Under the pieces are notes generated by a model. That model was not told where the DNA came from. It was given only the letters and a program-made list of their open reading frames with translations, and did no database searches. DNA of 62,262 nt, the filler included, from Collodictyon triciliatum (lineage: Eukaryota): the NCBI GenBank assembly GCA_043381765.1. It is 5 parts of 5 records of this genome, joined end to end, with 100 filler letters (N's around TTAATTAATTAA, not from the genome) between each part and the next. Parts side by side here need not be neighbours in the genome. Positions count along the whole stretch, not along the records: positions 12,774 to 30,422 come from JBHJMP010000658.1; positions 30,523 to 43,918 come from JBHJMP010000659.1; positions 44,019 to 60,898 come from JBHJMP010000661.1; 2 more parts are not named here. The stretch is one strand, 5' to 3'. The first letter of the stretch is position 1; each line of letters starts with the position of its first letter. The position numbers were made by a program, and so were the translations under genes. This document shows positions 30,251 through 44,341 of this stretch, in pieces.

Positions 30251-30314
30251 CAAATTTAAGGGAAGTGGAGTATTTATTATAGTGTGCAAATACCTCGATT
30301 TTATGTGCAAATTT

Positions 30315-30354
<40 letters not shown>

Positions 30355-30422
30355 AAAAAAAAAATAAAAAAAAATTTTTTTAAATTTTTAAATTTTTTTT
30401 TTTTTATTATATTTTTTTTTTT

Positions 30423-30522
30423 NNNNNNNNNNNNNNNNNNNNNNNNNNNNNNNNNNNNNNNNNNNNTTAATTAATTAANNNNNNNNNNNNNNNNNNNNNN
30501 NNNNNNNNNNNNNNNNNNNNNN
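30423..30522. other. Artificial contig spacer
   Basis: Same N-TTAATTAATTAA-N structure. Confidence 0.95.
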
Positions 30523-30597
<75 letters not shown>

Positions 30598-30670
30598 GAA
30601 ATCATGAAAAACTTATTTCAGAGTATTATTTGCGGGCGCACATCAGGACACTATCGAAAAAACGGATTAC

Positions 30671-31998
30671 TCTGCATCAATAGACTTGGCTGCCTCACAT
30701 CCCAAATAGGTAGGGACGATGTGCTTAATATTGATTCATGAGTGAAATGTTAGAAAAATTACATAATGTGACATCACAACAAATTGAAATATATACTGAG
30801 ATTCAGATGAACTATATATTTTATCAACCCAGGGTGACTCAATTTTATAATACCTTAAGGTCTGCTTTCAGCCCCACCAACCATACATGGATATTTTTTC
30901 CAACATAACTACGGACTTCTTTGGCCCATTCTATCGCACTCTGGAGGGTCATAGGGCAGCTTAAATCGAACGCGACTATTGCCCCGCTGGACCCACGGTA
31001 ATAAGACTGCACTATTGATTTGTATCTTTCTTGCCCGGCGGTGTCCCATCTATATGGAGGAAATTTTTAATTTCATCAAAATCAGAAATTCGCAAAGGAT
31101 ATGTGTAGCCAAGGTAAAGGATTACATTTGAAGGCAGAAATCTTTCCCCAGAATATCAAATGTCTGTGAAACGAAATCAACTCCTACAGTTGACTACACC
31201 GCAACAACATAATAAGAATTATAAGAGAAAAAAAGGGTTAGTTTTTGTATGTCATAACATCTCTGTACTTTGTATCGAATGAATGGGGAAAACAAAAAGG
31301 TTTTGGGTATAATTGTTAAATCATTCATGCTGTGGATTTAACTCGCCATATTCAAAAAAAAAATATCGGAAGGGAAAAGTCATTACAAATGGCTTAAATT
31401 TCTGCTGCAACTTCTAAAAAGCATACCTTATAATTACTTGTTACAGAATCTTTACAAAACCTCCCGACCAAAGTAGATTTTCCAACATAAGAGTCACCAA
31501 CAATTATGACTTTGTCCATGAGATCTACCGAATCCATTCTTTGTGTATATGGTTAACCCATTCAGATGATTTGATTATCAAACACCCCATTTAGGTCATA
31601 GCTGGAAAGAATGAAACAAAAAACTATTCGTGATTGGACATTAAAATAGAAGATGAAAGCCTACATAAATGCAGTCAGCACAGCCTCCTTTATCTCTTCC
31701 AAGAAGTCTGATTGACCATTACTTTAACAATCACATCGTGAATTGTGTCAGCATGAAAAAAAAAATCGAAAAAAAAAGAGAACCCGAATTGGTTGTTAGT
31801 GTTTTCAGTAATGACGAACTATTTTTGCCTTCAGCTCATTTTTGGGTTGGTGCGCTCATCTAAGGTATTTTCTAATATATGAATATACTCTTGAGTGATT
31901 GCCATCCCGGTATCAGGGTAGCCCGAAAGCCTGTGCGCACGTAAGCGAAATGAAGATGACGGATTCTCGGAGGGTGTTTCCGACTTTGCTGTCAACAT
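30671..31998 (-). CDS. Rab-family small GTPase, Rab34/Rab36-like, 3' end cut by contig start
   Basis: ATG 31998 plus two short exons give an N-terminal extension (..DFLEEIKEAV..), then KVIIVGDSYVGKST, STVGVDF, WDTAGQERYKSIVQSYYRG, LVGLKADL. Confidence 0.85.
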
Positions 31999-33758
31999 TT
32001 TACTGCGAATACTAAATGGAAAATGAAAAATGGAACATGAAAATAGCTGTATGGTTTGTGCATCTTTATCTTTTGGAGAAGTACTGCCCCGAATTATAAA
32101 AAGTGCTCTGTTCTCGATATAAAAAACGATTTAGATAATTTTTTCCTATGAAACGCCATATCTCTGGTATTTTTTTCTTCGATAAAAATAGGACTATATT
32201 TGCTGAGTAAAGCAGCGATTATCCTCCTTTTTGCCTCTACCTACCCAGCCTCCCAAGGAAAGCTTTTTTTGATTCTTAAGTAAACAATATGATAGGGCAT
32301 TACTTCTCTCGGCGAGCAAGGGGCTGTATGCTCTTGTATTGGCCACTAAAAAAACAGAAAAGGAGGCAGGTACAACGAGGCAAAGATAAAAACCAAAAGC
32401 CGACAGTATATCCCTGTAGCGAATATATATCCGACCACCACCCCGGGTTACTTCAGCGTCTATATATGCGACTGTCAATAGAAAATTGTCCGAAGACCTG
32501 GTGTTGAGCATTCCTCTGATATGCCTCTTCATCTACGGCCTCATAGACTGCGCGATGATTACCACAGGCAAGCAGAACCTTCAAGTAGTGTTTTCTCCAA
32601 ACAGCCCAGCCATTTAAGTTCTTTGAGATTCCCACATCCACAATTGTCCGCATAGCCCCAGAGACAAAACACTATGTGGCTATGGTTTCCCAAAATCATT
32701 GCATGGAGGATTAAGGGACAAAAATTCCTTACTTGTTTTTCTTTTCTGTAAACCGCAGCACCAAATACCCACAAAAGCATACCGACCACACAATAGACAC
32801 AAATCACCGAGCTCAGTATTACCCTTTCCATTCAAACCCACCCATTGCCGTATTCCCCGGCGCTCTGAACTCGTTGAGAAAGGGACAGGATGGGGTTGAG
32901 TAGAATCTAATCCATCGCCCAAGCCGCTGGTTTCCAGCATCTTAACCTGACATCCCTTGTTCTTCTGCCTCGGTCTGCGCTGTGTATCAAGGTCTAGTGT
33001 GCGTGCATATTCCTCTAAATGACATTAATTCCCAAAGGTTGTCCTTGAATCTCGGGAGGCCAAAATCTTGGATAAATGCAAGCAGTCCAGATTTGTCCAT
33101 CTTCCACCCTTCACATTCCCATCCCAACTTGTGGCTCATCTGTGGTCAAAGCACTTTTGGTGTGTCAAAGGTTCATCTTTCAGTTACATGTTCAGAATAA
33201 GTGCAGAAACATTTAGTCATCCAGTCAGTTGCTCCAGATATATATATAAATATTATATATGAAGTAGAATTTTACTATGCATAATCAGTTTATTATTAAT
33301 GAGACATCAATTTATATTATATGAGAAAATAGCATCTTATTAATTATAAATTCCGCATTAATTTACTGAAACAAGTCTACTTCCGCAGCAAGGGTTTACG
33401 ACGTTCAGAAAGGTGCTGGACGTAGGCATCCCTGGGAGGGAGAAGGGACCACCGGATTCTGTTGCCTTTTGGGTGCGCCCATTATTTTGCGTCTGTTCAC
33501 CACCACACCCCCATTACCTATTCCATGGATTACTAGACTTGTTTCGAAACGATGGGAACGATATCCCGGGATATTAAGGCAAGTCGCATTGCTGGTGTAT
33601 CATAAAGCTTTTGTTTATTGGATGTTTTTTTTTTTTTTTGTTTTTTTACGTAGAAAATAAAGATGATAAGAAAAAAAGGCCACAAAACAAGAATGATGGA
33701 GATTGCAAAAGTATGAATAGATCAAAACTGAAGATTGTTAGATACTTGAAAAATTAGT

Positions 33759-37702
<3,944 letters not shown>

Positions 37703-39118
37703 TTGTTGATCGACTCTTTCTTTCTCTTGAAGAGCTGAGCGGCAGCAGGACTCAACAGGTCTTGCTTTTTATTTCCCGGCTTCTGTGGTGGTAGATGAGT
37801 TATGCGATCGACAACGCCCGGTTAGGAGAAGCAGGGGACGCTCAAAGATTATCTAAAATAAAACTCGCTTGACTTTTAACTCTTTCTCTTTTGAAAAACA
37901 ACGCAAAAGAAAACACGTGTTGAGCCTCAGGGCTCCGGTCTTAACCCTCTCGCTGCGCATCTTGATCAAAGTCCCCCTCAATCAAGACAGGCTCTGGGAA
38001 AGATTATGAAATCGAATCGGCTGACAAATAAAATTCCAGAAATGGGCAAATGATGAGTGCCGTCATTTCAGCGAGATGGGGTTCGAACATCTTTTGGCCA
38101 ATCACAACACGGAGACTTCACCAACAACACCATCAAATCGATACTCCTGAAAAGCTGAAAAAGCAACAACACCAACCTCTACAGAACATTATTCAAATAA
38201 AATCAATTTCAATGAACAATACACACTAATCCGGATACTTGCACCCCGCATCCAAAGCCAACAGCCACAAATAGGCAATGCACATAATTCGTCTTATTTA
38301 GAATAGTTTTATGTATATTAGTAGAAAGTGAACAAATATGTGTTTTGTTTCGTGGCCATGAGAGAAAGCACATCACTATATGTGTGCGAGTGTGGGAGAA
38401 ACGTTATGAAGTGTGTATTCGCAGGCGGCCACAAGATGCAAACAAACAAACAAACAAAAGTCAAAAGCAGATCAGATTTCTTCACAACCTTTCAGAGGAA
38501 GCAAAGGAAGCTCGTGCAAAGGAACTGCGAAGAGAAGGGACAGCAAGATAATCAAGTCCACACGCTTCGCCCTCAAGCAAGAGATATATGAGTGTGATAT
38601 AAAACCCCAAAGGATACTCAGCGTTATTGTTCTTGTGATCTATGTTAAGCCGTCTGGGGCAACAAAATCCTTCCTGGGGTCTTTATCCTGCTTGGACTAA
38701 TGTGTCCAGCAAATCAAAGCAATGTGTTTGTTTTCCTGGCGCAAACACTTCCAGAAAACAAACTCTTCTTTCGAGTCGTCCTCTATTTTATGTTGAAGGA
38801 GAGACAAAACTGGAGCAAAGGCAGAATAAAGACAGGAGAAAAAAAGAAAGAAGGGAACATAAGATAAAAGAAAAGAAAAACTATAGAGCAAAATACAAAA
38901 ATACCTCAAAACAGGTCCACCTTGAGTCCAACCGATTCGTCGCCGACTCACTCCACTTGCATCGCAGCAGCTTTTTGACCGCCCGATCGCTTTCTACCAA
39001 TACACTCGGTCAAACTAGACCAGGAAGCAGATCACACTCCAACCAACCAAACCAGTAAATCAGGTCCTCCGTTTTTGAATCCGCATTCTCATATGCAACT
39101 AGTCTCCTCTCCTTTATA

Positions 39119-39217
39119 CTCAACTCAACTCAACTCAACTCAACTCAACTCAACTCAACTCAACTCAACTCAACTCAACTCTACTAGCCTCAACTCAACT
39201 CAACCCGACCCGACCCG
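39119..39217 (+). repeat. (CAACT)n / (CGACC)n pentamer repeat just upstream of the AdoMetDC ATG
   Basis: Direct reading. Confidence 0.9.
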
Positions 39218-39218
39218 A

Positions 39219-40004
39219 ATGAGCGCCACCTCCTCCGAACCTGACGCTGCACAATGGTCTACAACGATTTCTGAGTCCGATCTGAACGCCGGGGATCTGA
39301 GCGACTCCGCGTGTCCTCCTTGCATGGGCGGCACTTCAAGCGGCTTCGAAGGCGTGGAAAAGAAAGTCGAGATTGATTTCAAGGGTGTTGGACTGGGCGA
39401 CACGCCGACTCTTCGTTCCATCCCGCGCGACGAGTGGGACGCCATTCTATGGGACGCCAAATGCTGCATCCTCAACGTTTCCACCAACGACATCTTTGAC
39501 GCCTATCTCCTCTCCGAAAGTTCGCTCTTTGTCTACGATGCGAAGCTCATGATTAAGACCTGCGGAACAACGACATTGCTGCTGATGATTCCTCGGCTTC
39601 TTGAGGTCGTTCGTGACGTGTGTGGACCACACGTCAGTGTCGAGTTTCTGCAGTTTTCCCGCTCTGCTTTCCGCTTCCCACAGGAACAGCGTTTTCCTCA
39701 TACCAGTTTTGAGCAGGAGGTATCATATTCCACCCTTTCTTTCGTATTACAAGCGTAGTCAGGGGATTGGTTCAGTTTTACTTTTGTCATTGGGCATCTC
39801 TCTTTTTTTTGATTCATATTTATTTTTGTGTTATTTTTTCTTTCCTAACTTGTACATTCTAGGTCAAGTTCCTGCAGCAATACTTTGATGGCGACGCATA
39901 CACACTTGGTCGTCTGAACGGTCCGACCTGGCACTTGTATATCGCAGATTACACGGACTCGTCTCGCAAGCACGAAGAATTCAATGACCAGAGCATCGAG
40001 GTAA

Positions 40005-40042
<38 letters not shown>

Positions 40043-43000
40043 AAGCAATCATCCGTAATCTGAGTGGAACCTCTTGTCATGAACAGTTAACACATATCCA
40101 ATCGAAGCTTATTCTTTTTTTTTCTCATGTCAACAGACTTCACTCAAAGAGAATGGCCACCATTCGCTAATGTTGTGTTCTTTTTTCCCCTTTCCTATTT
40201 AATCATCACCATCCTAAGATTATCATGCACGACTTGGACGCGGCATCCATGGCCCATTTTTTTAAGGGAGAGAACTTTACCACGCCTGAGGAGGTCACCA
40301 GGGCATCTGGTATCAAAGGGCTAATGATGGAGGGAACAATCATCGATGAATATTGTTTTGATCCATGCGGATACTCCCTGAATGCTTTGAACGGCAACGT
40401 GCACTACACCATCCACATCACACCAGAGGCACACTGTAGCTATGTCAGCTTCGAGACAAATCTCTCCTCAAAGAATTACATGTCGTTAATCTCTCAAGTG
40501 GTTTCAGTCTTCAAACCTGGTCGTTTTGCCGTAACATTGTTTGTCGACGACCATGCAATAGCCGCGAGCTCTGACCTTTTCAAAGGATCCGTATGTAGCT
40601 CAACACAGTTTTTCATAAATAATGAAGGAAATAACTCACCCACTGCTAACCCATTATTGAATAATATAATTCATTTTTTTCACAATTTAAAGAAAAACAT
40701 AACCACTCTTTTACAGACATTTTTGGAAGGATATTCGCTGAACGACAAAGCTGCTCATAAATTCTCTGGTTCCTACAAAGCCATTTACTGCAACTATACC
40801 ATGACAGATAAAGAAAGGTACTACTCTCGAATCAATGGACAGCGCGATGAAGCGAATGTTTACCCGAAACGCGCAATGATGTGGGTCTCATAAAATTTAC
40901 GTCATGTATTGTCTAAATCATTATCCTTTTCTTACATTCAGCATCGGGCTTGATTCCATTCACGAGCTTACAATCTCGGAGCAGCACCAAACTGGAACAC
41001 ACTACTCTGGATGGGAACAATGTCCTGATATTTTCAAGGAGCTTAATGTTGAAAAAATTGAAGGAACGCCAGCCATTACTGACTTGATTCGAAGAAAAAT
41101 TGACGAACAGGAAATGGAGGAGGCATTCTTTTTGAGTAAGTGAAACATCCAGAGATATTATCACCCAATTTTTTTCCAATCCTTTTAACTATCCTACTGA
41201 GAAACAGAACTACTCTACTCATAGGTTTCTTTTTCATTTTGATTTTTTTAAATAATACATCGTGTAATCTTTCATTTCAATCATTAGTGGACCTCGGGAC
41301 TGTCGCTCAGAAGTTAAATGAATGGACGAAGAAACTTCCAAATGTCCAGCCGGTTTATGGTTTGTTGCTTAGCCGTGAACCATGATAGTTCTCATAGCAC
41401 ACAATTTTTCCCATAGATTGTTCTCTCCATCATACGCAGGACAGTTTCATTGAATTTCTTTTATACCCTGCTCGTCATTTCTCAGCCCTCAAGTGCAATA
41501 CGTCTCCTGGAATTCTGAAGATGCTAAACCGCTTTGGATGCAACTTCCAATGTTCTAGTCAGCCCGAGATTGATGCTGTAAGATAATAAAAAAAAATCAA
41601 TAATTCAAAGCACATTGAAGCTGACGCTAAAGTCATGGCATGATTCAATACATATTCTCCTCTAGGATTTACGAATAAATATTCAAAGCCCTCTGATTCC
41701 TTTCCATTTACGCAAACGAAGACGTTTCTCTTGCTCAGTTTTATTTCCCTCTAACTATGACATGATTCCCAAACAGGCGCTTTCTGAAGGAATTCCTGCA
41801 AGCAAAATCTTGTACTCAAATCCATGCAAGATGCCATCGCAAATCAAATACGCAAAGAAACACGGTATCGGGACGATGATGTTTGACAGCCAGGAGGAAT
41901 TGGAGAAAATCGCAGCAAACTACTCAACTGCCCAGCTCCTGATGCGGATCGCCCTTCCTGATGTACTACCTGCAGAAGGAATCACAGCTTCAAGCACAAC
42001 CGCGATAACAAATACCGCTTCAGGGAAATACGGAGTCGCCATTTCTGACTGCCATAATTTGCTTCGGGCTGCAAAGAAACTCCAACTGCAAGTTGTGGGT
42101 GTTAGGTATACAGCCGCTATATATTACAGAACCGTGCACAAAACTCCTCCCTCACTCAGCACACCACCAAAAGTGCCAATGTTCCCTTTAAATCGATTGC
42201 TTCAGAAGCTGACACAAGTGGCCATACATATGTAAATTTAGTTTCGATGTGGGCTTCAACTGGGACGGAGTTGACCCCGAGAGATATGCTGTTGGACTGG
42301 AACGAGCAAGGAGCATTTTTAATATTGCAGACTCACTAGGGATAAAAATGGACACAGTTGATATTGGTGGCGGATTTCCAGGTAAACACCGTTGCACAGC
42401 CACCAGTCACATACGTGTATCATTATGTTTGTACATACATTTGTTTTAAAATGAAATATTTAATATATTGGAAATATCTTGTAGTTGTGAATTGCATGTT
42501 TTAGGAGAATACGACCCTTGCAATAATAATAAAGTGCTCAATATCCCCTCTTAAACCAAACTCAAACACGTACACAAACACATGACCAGGCCTTGAAAAT
42601 GGGAAAGTCCAGTTCGACACCCTTGCCACCGCCATCAACCAGAAAGTGGAAGCACTCTTCCCAGAAAACATCCGCATCATTGCCGAAACTGCACGCTTCA
42701 TGACGTCCACATGTGCCACTCTCGCTGTCAACGTCTTTGCCCGCCGCGTGGTGAACAAAGGCTCCGGCCCCGTCATCGGTACAACCTCCATATTTAAATC
42801 AAGACCAATGACGAGAATAACCAACGTGTGCATCAGCCACGCCTTCGCTCAAAGAAAACCTACACATCCACCAAACCACAACCCAGACGCCGAAGCAGAC
42901 CTCCAGAACGCAACCCCGCGGTTTCTCTACTACGTCAACGACGGGGTCTACGGCTCGTTCAACTGCCTGCTCTTTGACAAGGCCAAGGTCACCGCAATCC

Positions 43001-43370
43001 CACTCGACCCGCAGGCCGCGCAGGAGGACCAATTGCGGTATCCTTGCACGGTCTTTGGCCCCACGTGCGACGGTACAACACCCTCCATCCAAACCTGCTT
43101 TCTCGCCAGCTGAATCCGCCACTGCCACAGATTTTCATCACACTCGACAAAAGCACTGCATATGTGCGCGATGCGGCATTCTCGCTCATCAAGCGCGCGT
43201 TTTTTCTCACAGGTCTCGACTGCATCTCTGAGCGCGCCCTGCTTCCGGAACTCAGTGTGGGCGACTGGCTCTACTTCCCCAACATGGGCTCATACACAAC
43301 CACGGCGGCCACAAACTTCAACGGATTCCCTGCCACACGCATCTTCTACACCTGCGCCTCCACACACTGA
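39219..43370 (+). CDS. S-adenosylmethionine decarboxylase fused to an ornithine-decarboxylase-like (fold III PLP) domain
   Basis: Exons 39219-39719, 39863-40000, 40219-40590, 40717-40880, 40942-41135, 41288-41359, 41486-41577, 41777-42105, 42242-42381, 42590-42778, 42887-43072, 43213-43370 join in one frame via GT-AG introns. AdoMetDC motifs: FEGVEK, YLLSESSLFV, IKTCGTT, FPHTSF, FDPCGYS, TIHITPE..SYVSFETN. ODC motifs: PVYALKCN, NPCK, DIGGGFPG, YYVNDGVYGSFNC, GPTCDGLD, NMGSYT, FNGF. Confidence 0.9.
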
Positions 43371-43705
43371 CACGCCCCAGTTAGCCCATACCATTTATAT
43401 CCAGTAAGAAATAAACGATCTAATGCCTTATATGGACGCCCGCACTTGCATCTTTGTCCCTGGTTCTGGCGCTTTGTGAGTTATCCGCAACGGCCTTGAA
43501 AGAAAACAGATAACGTGGTGATGATAACGTTCCGCAGCGCCTCCATTTTCACCTACTCTTCTTCCTTGAAGATACTCTTTGTTGCGTTATTCTTTTTTTC
43601 TCTTTCTTCTAGAGTATTCCTTGATTGTTTATACACACCTGATCTGGTCAACCGACACGATCGCCAGCTTATCTGCACGGTTGAACGACAGCGCCCAAAA
43701 CAACG

Positions 43706-43918
43706 ATGATTCAGTCGAGAGTCACTTCTGCTCTTTCGCAACTGCGCGTCCAATCGTCTTCTGCAGCCGTGGTTTTATCAGACTTTGCTGGGAATGCCGA
43801 ACGCAAACGAAGCCACGCCGAAGAACGAAAACCACCACTTGTTGTGTTTTCAGGGTCGTTCAACCCGCTGACGATCTCTCACAGGGAAATGTGTGTGGAA
43901 GCGTGTCGCTCGCTTTCG
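43706..43918 (+). CDS. NMNAT/cytidylyltransferase-superfamily nucleotidyltransferase, N-terminal fragment cut by contig end
   Basis: LVVFSGSFNPLTISH matches the GSFNPxTxxH motif of NMN adenylyltransferase-like proteins. Confidence 0.65.
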
Positions 43919-44018
43919 NNNNNNNNNNNNNNNNNNNNNNNNNNNNNNNNNNNNNNNNNNNNTTAATTAATTAANNNNNNNNNNNNNNNNNNNNNNNNNN
44001 NNNNNNNNNNNNNNNNNN
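43919..44018. other. Artificial contig spacer
   Basis: Same N-TTAATTAATTAA-N structure. Confidence 0.95.
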
Positions 44019-44127
44019 TTTTTTTTTTTTTTTTTTTTTTTATTATACTTCCTTTCAAGCACCGAGTGTAGTCTCGAAGCATAACAAGAGGACTGCTTTG
44101 CTAAACGTCCCTTTGCAACTGACTCAG

Positions 44128-44341
44128 GCCCATCCCAGAGCGTTCGTCGATGAATCAACTCCGCCGAAACATCCTTCAGGCCAAAGAGCTGCTGCCCGCA
44201 ACACAGCACCATGCAGACGGGATTCTAAACTACTTGATGCAAGCCCACCCGCGCGAGTTTGCACGAAAGAAGCACGACCTGTTGAAGACCTCCATCCCAT
44301 CTAAGAGTACTTTCACTAATGACCATATATATATATTTTAA
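44128..44341 (+). CDS. Probable terminal exon of an unidentified gene truncated by contig start
   Basis: GC-rich exon-like block after a CAG acceptor; frame MNQLRRNILQAKELL.. looks protein-like but no family recognised and frame is uncertain. Confidence 0.3.

Noticed and set aside
31890-32000. GC-rich patch initially suspected to be a riboswitch or ribozyme
   Set aside because: No TPP or hammerhead core motifs; it reads as exon 1 of the Rab gene on the minus strand.
38697-38965. Possible antizyme gene next to the ODC-like gene (minus-strand TTT-TGA and DSKEEFV..HIALIC)
   Set aside because: The antizyme-like words are in the 0 frame rather than +1 after the TGA, the +1 frame closes within about 25 codons, and there is no suitable ORF1.
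43706-44341. NMNAT-like fragment continuing into the exon at 44128
   Set aside because: Separated by an artificial contig spacer, so continuity cannot be inferred.
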